A stretch of 63,537 bases of DNA, counting the filler, from Thraustochytrium aureum (taxonomy: Eukaryota): NCBI GenBank assembly GCA_012862495.1. It is 7 parts of 3 records of this genome, joined end to end, with 100 filler letters (N's around TTAATTAATTAA, not from the genome) between each part and the next. Parts side by side here need not be neighbours in the genome. Positions count along the whole stretch, not along the records: positions 5,565 to 16,101 come from BLSG01000239.1; positions 16,202 to 43,611 come from BLSG01000240.1; 5 more parts are not named here. The stretch is one strand, 5' to 3'. The notes beneath the pieces are model-generated. The model had not been told where the DNA came from. It saw nothing but the letters and a program-made list of their open reading frames with translations, and did not search any database. Position numbers and translations under genes: made by a program. Below, one piece after another: positions 11,500 to 23,600 of this stretch (its first letter is position 1; each line of letters opens with the position of its first letter).

Positions 11500-12493
11500 C
11501 TAGCTAAAATGGCTCGATGGGCGTCAAGATGGGTGGGTCCTCGTGCCAGTTGATGGCCTGCCGGTGCCAGTGGGCCCACAACCTCACTTGGGAGTACTCG
11601 ACATGGCATGTCGGTGTCGGCAGGCCTACCCGAGTCAACACAGCTTGTTTCCACTTTGTCTTTTGCGTCAGCTCAATCAGTCAATGCAAGGGAAAGACGA
11701 AATAGTCGCTCTCCAGCACGTGGCCTGCGTGATCGAGGCCACTGGTTGCCGGGCGTCGCAGGCGTCGTCGTCTAGTTTCTTCGTCTGCCTCGGTGCGACT
11801 ACGTGGATCAGCGGGTCGCGAGATCGACCTCAACGCGTTTGCCCTGCCGCAACGCCCCGCAGAAGGCTCTCTTGCCGGAGTATCAACCCTTCGGCAGGTG
11901 CCTCGGCTGTGTGATTGCGGTGCCCACCCACTCGGAGACCGGTATGGGTCATGCCAGCTCGCGGCTGTCGTCGCGCGCAGGGAACTCTGTGGCCCGAATG
12001 AGCTGGTCGAACGCTTCGATGTCCACCAGCTCCAAGCAGTACTTCTCNNNNNNNNNNNNNNNNNNNNNNNNNNNNNNNNNNNNNNNNNNNNNNNNNNNNN
12101 NNNNNNNNNNNNNNNNNNNNNNNNNNNNNNNNNNNNNNNNNNNNNNNNNNNNNNNNNNNNNNNNNNNNNNNNNNNNNNNNNNNNNNNNNNNNNNNNNNNN
12201 NNNNNNNNNNNNNNNNNNNNNNNNNNNNNNNNNNNNNNNNNNNNNNNNNNNNNNNNNNNNNNNNNNNNNNNNNNNNNNNNNNNNNNNNNNNNNNNNNNNN
12301 NNNNNNNNNNNNNNNNNNNNNNNNNNNNNNNNNNNNNNNNNNNNNNNNNNNNNNNNNNNNNNNNNNNNNNNNNNNNNNNNNNNNNNNNNNNNNNNNNNNN
12401 NNNNNNNNNNNNNNNNNNNNNNNNNNNNNNNNNNNNNNNNNNNNNNNNNNNNNNNNNNNNNNNNNNNNNNNNNNNNNNNNNNNNNNNNNNNNN

Positions 12494-15096
12494 GGGAGAT
12501 CGTCGAGGTCGTCGACCCGCACACGGACGTGGTCCGTGTGCACTTTCAACCCCTCTGGATCCGCCATCTCACCCGCCCGCGCTGCATGCTGATGCGGCGG
12601 TATTGGTGTCGCGACGCGAGCGGGGCCTTTGTCATCTACATGATAGATGGCGGCGAGGACGCTGCCCGCGCGGGCCAAGTCGCGGCCCGTGCTCGGCTCG
12701 TCTACATCACGATCGCGCCGTGCTGCACGCACGCGCCGAGCCCTTCGTGCATGGTAACTATGGGCATGGAGGCCGACCTGAGGGGCTGGATGCAGTACTA
12801 CAAGCCGCTCGCGCGCGAGCAAGTTGGGCGGATGCTGTCGAGCGTCGAGTCGCTGCGCTTACTCTCTGCGAGCCGGCCGGTCGTGTTTGGGGTCCAGGGC
12901 GTCGGCGACACGGCCTCGCAGCTCCCCTTTCCTTGCGAGCTGCAGCGACTGCTTGAGCGCAAGGCTGCCGAAGAGGACGACGAGGTGGACCTCGCTGACC
13001 CGTACGCTGTGGTTGGCCTCCTGCGCGACCTGGTGGGGGCCATGCGAGAGCTGTCTGCCAACGAGCTCGCTGTTGCGCGAGCTCGCACGCTGATGGCCCA
13101 GGAGAGGCAGCGCGTCGGCGGCCCGACCGCCGCGAGTTCCGCAGCGAGTCTCGCTGCCCGGCCTGCAGAAGGCCCAAGCGCAGTGGCTCTTGCGGCTGGG
13201 TCGCCTTCGGGCAAGCCTGTGGTTCTGACCGCGTCTGGCTCCCAGCCTGGGCCGACAGCTGCGCGCGACCGGGGCGTAGTGGCGCTCAACTACGAGTACG
13301 GGATGCCAAAGAACAACTTTATCGTGCCGATGTCCATCTCAAAGGACGGCGTGAGCGCGTGGTGGGACTCTGGCGTCGAAAAGGGGTACTGGAAAGTGCG
13401 CGGCCCAAACTACCTGGTCGACCGCGTCAAGGTGCCAAACGACACGAGCGCGATGGAGCTGCTGCAAATCCAGTGGTCCTTTTACGATCGGCCCAAGCGC
13501 AACATCGCCGCGGACGCGGACGAGCTTGTGCAGCTTCAGCACGTCGGGCGGGCCGACCGGCCGTTCTTGTTGGTGGTGAATTTCATGGTTCCAACGGTTG
13601 GCAACTGGGTGTGCTACTTTGCGAAGCGGCGGTCTGTGCAGGACGCGACGTTCGACCGCATGTTTGACGAGTTTTGCAGCAAGGACGATGAGCACCGCAA
13701 CGCGCGGTTCAAAATCATCCCCAGCGTTGTCGAGGGTTCCTACATGGCCAAGCGCGGGATCGGGAGTACGCCAGCCATTCTCGGCAAAAAGATCAAGACC
13801 GAGTACTTTTCCGGGCCAAACTGGTTCGAGATATGCGTCGACGTCGGCTCGTCCCGCGTGGCAGGGAGCCTCATGTCGCTCGTCAAGCTGTACGCGACCT
13901 CGCTGGTCATCGACCTCGCCTTCCTGATCGAGTCGCAGCAGCCGGACGAGCTCCCGGAGCGCCTGATCGGGGGCGCGCGCATGCACTTGCCCCTCATGGC
14001 GCCCGTCTCGAACCTCGTTGCGTACTGCAAGAGCCAGCAAGCCCTCGAGCAAGCGTACGTTTTCCCGCCGGCGCCAGCGGCGCTCGACGCGGCTTCGCTC
14101 GGCGCCACGCTGGAGGAGGAGGAGGATGCAGAAGAGGAGGTGCGGCCGCAGACTGCCGGGCTCGGCGGTCTGCCGTTGCTTGATGAAAACGGCGCGCAGG
14201 ATCAGGTGCTCGGAGCGGCTTGCGTTGGCCCAGCTGTGGACTTGGCCTCGCCGAGCGAGCGAGCGGTCGAGTCGGCTGGGCCTACCGAGGGCGGGGCGGC
14301 GCACCCCGTCGTTGCGGAGCATCCGCCGGTGCTTGACTACGTGTATGCAATCCCAGCCAACAACTTTCTCGTCCCTATGGAGCTCTCCAAGGCTGGGATG
14401 AGCGCTTGGTGGGACTCTGGAACGGATATCGGCTACTGGAAGCTGCGCGGCGCCTCGTATCTGGTCGACCGCAACAAGGTCCCAAGCGAGGTGTCGGCCA
14501 TGGAGCTGGTGCAGATGCAGTGGTCGTTCTACGACACACCGAAGCGGCACATCTCGCAGGACCCTGAAGAGCTCGTGCAGCAGCAGCACGCTGGTCGCGC
14601 GGACCGCCCCTTTCTCTTCGTTGTCAATTTCATGGTGCCCACCATCGGGAACTGGGTCTGTTACTTCGCGAAGAGGAGAAGCGTGCGCGACGCCAAGTTT
14701 GACCGCATGCTGGACGAGTTCATCAACGCCGAGGACGACGCGTTTCGCAACGACCGGTTCAAGATAATCCCCAGCGTTGTCGAGGGCTACTTTTTGGCCC
14801 GTCGCGCAATCGGGGAGAAGCCTGCAATCCTCGGCAGGAAAATCACCACGCAGTACTTTCGCGGCGACAACTATTTCGAGGTGTGTGTCGACGTGGGCTC
14901 GTCGCGTGTCGCTGAGGGCTTGATGGGCGTGGTCAAGTCGTACGCGACGTCGCTGGTGATCGACCTTGCGTTTTTGTTCGAGTCCAAGACGGACGCAGAG
15001 CTTCCGGAGCGCTTGCTCGGTGGCGCGCGCATGCACTATCCGATGATGTACCGCATCCCGGACGACCAGTTGCGCGCCGAGTTTTACAAGCAGTAG
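12494..15096 (+). CDS. EDR2-like lipid-binding protein: START domain plus two tandem DUF1336 (EDR2 C-terminal) domains; 5' end uncertain (in or before gap 12048-12493)
   Basis: START-like segment VVDPHTDVV..PRCMLMRRYWCRDASGAFVI. Two copies of W(K)VRGPNYLVDR..FLLVVNFMVP..RNARFKIIPSVVEG..PAILGKKI..FEICVDVGSS..LVIDLAFLIES..ELPERLIGGARM. Confidence 0.88.
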
Positions 15097-15961
15097 CCTT
15101 TTCTTTTCAATTTTGTGCTTTCTCATCCAATTGCAAGCTGGCGAGTGAGAGCGAGCATGCGAGCGAGCGAGCGAGCGAGCGAACAAACGAAAGAAAGACA
15201 GAGCGAAAGAACGGGCGAAAGGCAGCGAGGCGACCGAGTCGGGCTCGGGCTCGCTTGCCACACTCCCGCCCGTTCGCCCAGCCGCAACAGCCTTCAGAAA
15301 CGCCCCGTCGTCCCGCGTCGTTTTCCAGCCGCCCCCACGCCGTAACGGTAACATCCCTCTATCTCCAGAACGGTAAATTCCCATCGTGGCATCCTCGTCA
15401 CTGACCCCCCGCCGTTCCAGGGGCCTCCCCGCGCCGTTCACTGCGATCCAACCTGAGACCTCGCAGGCGCGTTCTTCTTCCACGCACGCTCCACTCTTCC
15501 GCGACCCCAGACGAAACATCCACGCCAAAGGCCCGTGCAAAGGCCCTCCCGCAATCCGCCACGACGGTTGAGTGGGGCGGACACAGAGTGTGCGGCGGCC
15601 GCAACGGGCAAACGGTCCTCTGCAGAGCATGTGAGGAGAGCGCGGGCGCGCACAGAAGGCCGCAGCCGCATTCGCCCTCAGACATCGGCGGAGTTGAGCC
15701 AACGCTCGCGCCCCCTCACATGCTACTCAGAGGGCGATCCAGCGAGCTCTCACATCACGGCGCACGCACAATCGTGCAAGAATCAGAGGCGTGCCTGCCG
15801 GTTTGTATTAAATCGGGTTGAATCGGAGTTAAACTGGGGTTAAATTGACGCGAGGTGGAGCAGGGAACAACAGAGACATGGAGCAGAGAGAGCAGCGGCA
15901 GAGCAGACCTCCAACGACGAGCAGCAGGCGAAGCAGCAGGTGCCGCGCGCAGGTGGAGCAG

Positions 15962-15984
15962 CCGCAGCAGCAGCAGCAGCAGCA
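15962..15984 (+). repeat. (CAG)n microsatellite in a CAG-rich stretch
   Basis: ccgcagcagcagcagcagcagcag, followed by a (GAT)n run near 16070-16085. Confidence 0.8.
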
Positions 15985-16101
15985 GGAGCAGGTGGAGAGG
16001 GAGGAGCAGGGCTTACGGCGCGCGCGTGAGCGTTAGGTGAGTTTGGCGTCGGCGGGAATCTGCGATGGTGATGATGATGATGATGGAGATGGGATGTTCG
16101 A

Positions 16102-16201
16102 NNNNNNNNNNNNNNNNNNNNNNNNNNNNNNNNNNNNNNNNNNNNTTAATTAATTAANNNNNNNNNNNNNNNNNNNNNNNNNNNNNNNNNNNNNNNNNNN
16201 N
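16102..16201. other. Artificial assembly linker (44N-TTAATTAATTAA-44N)
   Basis: Same 100-nt structure. Confidence 0.97.
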
Positions 16202-16202
16202 C

Positions 16203-17342
16203 GCCGAACTCGTGGACATTGACGCAAAGCAGGTTGCAAACGCCGCCCTCGAGGAGCAAATGCGAGCTGGGGACCTTGTCTCGGCAGGAAAGCTTCTTGG
16301 GAAGACACTTTCTTCGCCAAGATATGAGGCAGCTGGTGCCGGCCCACGAGTCGAGGCTCCAACAGCCCCCCTTCAAGATCAAGTCGGATCCCGAAGTTCC
16401 GAGCCGCACGACTCGCGCAGGCGCACCTCACTTGATTTCGCCGCGCGAGACAGCCCCGGGCTTGCATCCCCTGCGTCCGATTCGCCCAGCGATGAGTACG
16501 ACGACCAAGTTACCCAAGACGAAGAGACAAGCGCTGAGGGCATGGACGAGCCAGCTGAGTTTGACGAGTGCGAGGGTGACTCAACTCGAGACCCGAGCGC
16601 GTCTCCCAGTCCGGATCAAGGGGGTCGAACTGAAATCGCCCTGCCAAGCGCCTCGCTTGCTGCTGCCGTCGTTGCAGTAAATGGCGCCGGCACCAGCGAC
16701 AGCTTTGAACAGGACGAGGGCGAGGATTTTGGAGATTTTGAGGGCGACGACTTTGGCCAGGACCTGCAACCGGCAGCGCCAACAGCCACGCCGAGTGCGC
16801 TCTTACCAGCGAGCGGCGACCTCTTGGAGCCGCAGCCGCTCTCGGCAGGCGAGCTTAGCAGCGCCAGAGGCGTCAACGGCACCGAGTTCGATTCATTTGG
16901 CGGCAGCTTCTCGTTCGGGGCCCAGCCCATCTCATTCGTCCCAGGACAACAGCTCAGACCTCTTAGCGATACGCTGCTCGGTCTGGGACTAGGACCTTCT
17001 TCTTCAAAGTCAGACGCGGCCGCTCAACCACCGGTAGGTGTCCTCGCGGCGCTGCAGAGTACTTCTCAGCTCTCCAGCGAAGGCGCCGCCCTGCTTGACC
17101 GCGCGTGGGCCACCGCGTGGGCGGAGAGCGGATGCGCCGTGGAATCGGTTGGTGCGACAACCGTTCCAGATTTATCGTTCATGCGATCAGCCGGGCTCTC
17201 GATACCCTTTGGTGACGGGCTGCGCACTTTGCTCGGCTCGTCTCTGAGCCCAGCCAACGGGTTTGCGGCGGAGGGCGACTCCGCGCTGCCAGTCGGGCCT
17301 CTTGAAGGCCCACCCGATGATCCCTTCTTCAACTTGACGTAG
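16203..17342 (+). CDS. Acidic, disordered hypothetical protein with clathrin-adaptor-binding-type motifs (aftiphilin/synergin-like); 5' end truncated by linker
   Basis: Long open frame with DFGDF and DDFG motifs (gamma-ear binding type), FDSF and a C-terminal DDPFF. Confidence 0.6.
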   Translation, partial: AELVDIDAKQVANAALEEQMRAGDLVSAGKLLGKTLSSPRYEAAGAGPRVEAPTAPLQDQVGSRSSEPHDSRRRTSLDFAARDSPGLASPASDSPSDEYDDQVTQDEETSAEGMDEPAEFDECEGDSTRDPSASPSPDQGGRTEIALPSASLAAAVVAVNGAGTSDSFEQDEGEDFGDFEGDDFGQDLQPAAPTATPSALLPASGDLLEPQPLSAGELSSARGVNGTEFDSFGGSFSFGAQPISFVPGQQLRPLSDTLLGLGLGPSSSKSDAAAQPPVGVLAALQSTSQLSSEGAALLDRAWATAWAESGCAVESVGATTVPDLSFMRSAGLSIPFGDGLRTLLGSSLSPANGFAAEGDSALPVGPLEGPPDDPFFNLT

Positions 17343-17609
17343 AGTCGCCCGCCCGGTACATCCTCATAGCCAGACAGACCTCTAGAGGTCAAAGGCTGGT
17401 GGCTGCACGTGTTTCGCTGTGTGCTGGCTGGCTCCATCGCCGGGTTGTTGGGAAGCGGCGAGAGAACTATGTTTTCCTCGCGCTTGGATTTGCGGACGTG
17501 CAATGCGATGATAGTGAGCACAGCAATGATGAATTACTCTAGTAGCTAGGGAACATGATTTCAAGATTTGGGGGACATTGCGTTTACTTCGGCCATGCCC
17601 GAAGCGGCC

Positions 17610-20600
17610 TCAAATCGCTGGGGCCGGCCCCGTCCGCGTCTTTTTAATCGACTTGTCAAGGAACTCCTCCGTCTTCGACTGCGCCATGGTCCGTGACAGC
17701 GAGCCCACAGCGAGGCTCGTCGCTGATTTCGTTGCGCCGACAGGCTCGAGCCCTCCCGGGATGTCCGTCGCGCCGCCTTGCGGAAGCATTTTAACAGCGT
17801 TAGATGCCAGTGAACCGACCGCGAGCGCCGCCTTGTATTGAAGCTCCTGGTCGGTGGACCGCGAGCGCGCGAGTCGCAACAGCGCTTGGATGCCGCCCTC
17901 TGCTGCGATGCTCTGATGATTCTCGTAGTTGTCAGCCAGCTTGAGTAGCGCGAGGCCTGCATAGTTGCTTGATTCGGCGCGCGTAGACAGCATTGCGACG
18001 AGCGGACGAAGCGCTCCGCGCTTGACAAGAAACGTTTGCAAATCCCGGTTGGAGGAGAGATGCGCAAGTGAGAAAGAGGCATACTCCTGGCACTCGGTGT
18101 CCTCCAATGTGGCAAAGTCGATGATGGCGTCGATTCCATTGTCGCGGACAAGATCGTCGTGAAACGCGATGGACTCGCAAAGGAGGGCCAGGATGTACGC
18201 GAGGTTTCGCTTGATCTCAATGTCGCCGGACCGCTGCTGCGAGAGTATTGTGACCAGCCCTCCATGATCCATGCACCGCGCCTTGACCTCCTCGCTCTCG
18301 CACAAGCAACCGATGCAGTACATGGCAGCCCGTACGCAAGTCAGGTCCCGCGAGTTGGCGACGAGCGCTAGTGTTGGAAGCACCCCGTTGCTCTGAGCAA
18401 CAGCCAACTTTGTCGCTGCGTGCTTGCCGAGCGCGATGGAAGTCAAGGCCAAGATCGCCGACCTTTGGACGCTCACGTCCGGGAACTTGACAAGGTCGAC
18501 CAAAGGCCCCACTGCGCCCTCCTCGACGAGGCGCAGCTTGTTCTCGCCATGATCCCCGAGGGCCAAGCCCGCGATCGCAAGGCTCGCGCTACGCTGCACC
18601 TCAACGTCGGGAAACCGAACGAGAAAGAGGAGCGGCCGAGCCGCGCCGGCCTCGACGATCTTGACCTTTTCGTCGCCTGCACACAAGTTGCAGAGCGCGA
18701 GAACGGCAAAGCGCTGGCTTGCGATATCGAGCGAGCGAGCGAGAGCGAACAACGTTGGCAGCGCGTTCTTCTCAATGAGCTGGGGCTTTACGTCGCTGCC
18801 CACTGAAAGCGCGGCAAGCGCCCTTGCGCAGGCCCGCTGCACCCGTGCGTCCTCGTCCAGCCCCACGTCGCCAAGAACTTGAATGCCGCCCTCGCGCGCG
18901 ACGTCAACGTGGTACTCGGGCGAATCGCAGATGTTGGCCAGCGCCCCGGAACAGTCGCGGCGCACCTCCAGGTCGTCGAACCGCATGCACGAAAGGAGCT
19001 GCGTCAGCCCGCCGGATTGGACGAGCTTGGCCTTGTTGGCCTCGTTCAAACTAAAGGACGCGAGTGCAGCCGACGCCGTTCGCTGGTAGTCGAGAAGCGG
19101 AGACTGGGCGAGCGCGATGAAGGGCTGCAGGAGGCCCTCCCGTACGATGTTGAGCCGTACTTCCGCGTGCGTTGCCAGGAACCGCAACGCGATCGCGGCA
19201 TACCGCTGGCAAACAGTATCGCTACTGTTCGTGAGCTTGATGAGCGCGCGTAGTGCACCTTGCTTGTAGGCTGTGAGCACGTTCTCTTCGTTGGAAGTGC
19301 AGTTGGCAAAGCATCGACTAACGTCCTGCTGCACCTCGTCGTTGTTGACGTGAGAGAGCTCGACGAGGTGGGGCACGACGCCCTCTTCGATGAGTAGCAC
19401 CTGATTTTCGAGGTCCTCGCTGAGGTTTGCCAAAAGACCGGCGCACTGAAGGCGGAGCTGCATGTTGAGCGAACCGCAGCAGCGCAGGACGGGGGCCACA
19501 CCGCCTTCGCGAACGACGAGCTTCTTGATGAGCTTGTGCTGCGAGAGGTGGCGAAGCGAGGCCACTGCCAGCGTGCGGAGCTCAATCGAGTCGGCCCGGC
19601 ACAGCTTGATGAGAGCGTTGACCCCGCCTTCTTCTGCAAAGCGCTGGCGGTGGTCCGCGTTGGCGGCAATGTCTCGAAGCGCGGTTGCAGCTTGGCGCTG
19701 GATCTTGATGTCGTTGCAAGATGTGAGGTAAAAGAGGCTCTGAAGCCCACCAGACATGACGATGCCCTCGTGCGACGCGATGTTGGGCGCGAGCTTTCGG
19801 AACGCCAAACTCGCATTGAACATGCACTCTTCGTCCTCCGAGAGCGCAAGGTGCACAATGCCTGCGATACCGTGCGCAACAACCTGGGCGTGGTTGCCAA
19901 AGCTTGTCAGCAAGTTGGCGATGGCACGGCTCGCCTCGCGGTGCACGTCGAGGCTCGTGTGGTGCATCAAACCAATCATAAACTCGCCGCCCCCCTTGCT
20001 GCTGATCCACGCGTGCGTCTCAACGTCTTCGGCCAAATTGGCGATCGCACCGCACGCTTGCCGTGCGATTTCCACGTCCTTCGACTGGCACAGCGTCACT
20101 AGAACCGCAAGAACATCGCTGCTCGCTATCGCGACCTTGTTTTCGTCGCTGAGAGATATCGACGAAAGGCAGCCCGCAGTCTCGCGCTGAATCTCTTGCG
20201 CAGCTTGGTCGTCGCGAACCGCGAGCGAGAGCGGCCCCAGTATGCCGTGCTGCACAAGGAGAGTGCGGTTGGAGGCGTTGAGTGCCAGTCTACGCAGAGC
20301 CGCGATGGCAAGCAGCTTGGTGTTGGAGTCCTCACTGTATGCCATGGCGATCAGCGGTGGAACAGCTCCGCTCTCGCCGAGGGCCTCAAGCACCTCCGCA
20401 TTGCTCGCCAGGTTGCACAAGGCAAAGCAGGCATACTGCGCGAGGTCGTCGTTGCCTTTCGCTCCGGCCAACGCCACAAGGCTCTTCAGCGCCCCTTTCG
20501 ACAGGAGCGTGGCGTGGTTTTGCTCGCTCGCGCTCAAGTTGACAAGCGCCATGGCAGCATAGCACATCATGTCTTCGTCAAGCGCCTTGACGAGGTCCTG

Positions 20601-23600
20601 AGTACCGCCGCTGGAGCCGCGTCTATCATGTGCCTGCAGAGCCAGCCGGTTCTTCGCGGCACCGCTGCCATCTGATGATGGATTAGTCGCGCTCTCCGAA
20701 GCGCGAGCCGCGGCTGCGGCGCAAGCGTCGAGAATGGGTTGGAGCCCGCCATGAACCAGCACCTGGACTTGCGTCTGTGGATCGCACGCCAAGTTGGTGA
20801 GAGCCATGATCCCGTACAGCTGAGCATCGCGGTCGGCATCTTTTGCGACGAGGATCATCGCCTGCAAGCCGCCAGACTTGCACGCTGCTTGACGCGTTTC
20901 GGCATTTGCCGCCAAGTTGGCGAGCGTCATCGCCGCGTAGCGCTTGCAATCCACGTCCGAGGCATGGGCGAGCTGGATCAGTGGCACTGTACCGCGCTCG
21001 GCGACAAGGTCGGCATGATTCTCCGCGAGGCAGCTCAAGTTGTAGAGCGCCAGAGCCGAAGCGCGCTGGCACTCGAGGCGTGCCGAGTTTGCGAGCATGA
21101 CGATGGGCGCAAGCGCTCCAGCCTTGACGAGCTGGCGGCGGTTCTGCCGGTCGACACTAAGGTTTGCGACGCAGGCTCCGCTGTAGCGCTGCAGGTCCAA
21201 GTCCGACTGCCCTGAGGAGCGAATTCCCTCCAAAAGCGGGCCAAGCGCGCCGCTCTGAACGATTTTCGGTTGATTGAACGCGTTCTCCGCGAGATTGCAC
21301 AACGCCATCGCCGCGTAGCGCTTCGCGCGACCAGACCCGTCCCGCAACAAGGCTACGAGCGGACCGAGTGCCTTCGCCTTGTCCACGATGTCGCGCTGCA
21401 GGCGCGCATTGGAGGCCATGTTCGTGATAGCCATCGCAGCAAAAGTCTGCGTCGCCTCTTCTTGGTCGAACGCAAGGAGCTTGACGAGGGGCTCTGTGCC
21501 ACGCGCTTCGTGAACGCGCAGTTGGTTCTCGTGCGAGGCAACGACGCGGCAAAGCGCGCGGGCGCCCATCTGGCGACACAACGAGGACGGGCTCTCTGCG
21601 AGGTGCACGAGCGGGTCGATGCCGCTGCACGCAGCGATCGTGCTGATGTTCTTTTGCAGCACTGCGAGATTGCCCACCGCCATTGCAGCATATTTCGCGG
21701 TTTCCTCATTGGCCGACCACGCGAGCCGCAAGAGGCTCTTAATGTCATCGCGCATGTACACATCGTCCTGATTGTGTGCATTGGAGGTAAGATTGGCGTG
21801 GCACCGCGCAACACCTGCTCGCACGATCTCGTTCTGCGACAGAGAGAGGTGCAACAGCGCGGCGAGTCCTCCCTCCTCAACAATGCAGAGCTGGTTCTCC
21901 GGTTGCTCGCCGAGGATCGCGAGGACCTCTGCGCACTGCTGCATGAGTGTCACGTCGCGCGCTCGCCGGCTGGCTTCGACAACGGCCGCCAGCCCCGACT
22001 CCTGGGTGACTTTCGTCTTGATGCGGTCGTTCAATGCAAGGTGCCTGAGTGCGGCTGTAGCGAGCGTGGCGAGCTCCACAGCAAACAAGTTGCTGGAGAC
22101 CCCAGAAGCTGGGTTTACGCGGGCGGGCAGCTCGTCATCCGTAGGCGCGGCCTTGCGGACTTTGTAGTGCGCCTGCTCGGCTTGGCCCATCTCTCGAATG
22201 ATCTGGTTTTGCTGATCGAGGAGCTCGATCACGGTAGCCAAGGCGCCTTCCCGGTACAGGGTCCACTTGAACTCTGGGTTGCTGCAGAGGTCCCTCAGTG
22301 CGCAGATCGCATGAATCTTGATTAAGGGTTCCTCAGCGCGCACAATTAGCGCGAACAATGGGTTGAGGCTGGCTGAGGAGCAGAGCTGGTTGTGCGCGCG
22401 AACATTTGGGGCAAGCTTTCGATAGGATAGAGCCGCATGGAGCTGGCACTGCACGTCCTCTGCTTTCGCAACGCGAAAAACGCTAGGGAGGCCGTCCTCG
22501 GAAATGAACGGCTGGTGCGTAATTTCGCGCGACCCCAGAAGATTCGACATAGCGCGAGACGCCTCGCGGTAAACCTGAGTCTTCCTGGATCGCATAAGGA
22601 TCGTCAAGAAGTGGATTCCTTGCTCCTCAGACACATTCTTGTGCGTGGCAGGGTCCTCGGCGATGTTCGCCAACGCAGCGCAAGCTTGGCGGGACACTTC
22701 GACATCCGTCGACTGCGCCAACTGCAGCAAAACCTTGAGACACTCCATCGTCGCCCAGCCACGAGCGACCGGACGCGCGTTGGCCTTTGACTCGCTCTGC
22801 TCAGTGCCGCTTGAGCTCGATGCTGCCGCGTCAGTGGCGTGGCCAAGGGCGGAGCCGCTCGCGCTGCCAAAGGGCAGGCCCGCCAAGGTCGCTTTGGCCG
22901 CATCCGATTCGCTGAGATGCAGAGCGCCGCGGCGACTTCGCGCTGCAGCTCAAGATCGCTGGAAGCACCCGCAGTGGCCAGCGCCGGAAGGATTCGCCGG
23001 CGCATCTCCAGCGCCTCTTCGCGATTCCTCTCCTCACGAAACATCCTGCGCAGCGCGATATCGCTTGGCACCTTGCTTGCGGAGATGGTGCGTCAAGCGC
23101 AATCGTTGTCAAAGGTGCAATGGCGCCGGCGCGTCCAATCCGCTCGAGGAGAGCCTGGTTCTTTGCGAGCTTCCCCAGCGCGAACGCGGCATTGAAGTGC
23201 GTCTCCGCGTCGTCCACGATCCCAGGCCGGCCGAGCGCCACGACTAGGGGTGCAAGGGCCCCCTCTTCGATGATCAACTCGTGCATGATCAGGGTTGGCG
23301 CAAAGATTCCCGAGGGCGAGAACGGCGTAGCGGCGAGACTCCAAATCGTCGTGCTCCAGGTCTACGCGCCCAAGTTTATCTACCTTAAGCGCCACGAGGG
23401 CTACGAGTCCGCGCACCGCCCCGCCGTGCTCTGGCGAGCCTTCGGTGCCCACTTCCTTTTCCGCGGCTTGGTCGTGAAAGCGCTGGCGAGTCGTTAAATT
23501 GCTGAACCCGACCGCTGCAAGTCGGCGCGTGACAATGTCAGTTGGGTGGTAAAGTGCTCGGCACAGCGCCGTGTGGCCGCCATCCTGCACCACCCGCTCT

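Noticed and set aside
11700..12047. N-terminus of ORF 11803..15096, or a minus-strand fragment EKYCLELVDIEAFDQLIR
   Set aside because: The frame across the N gap is arbitrary and neither reading has a recognisable domain.
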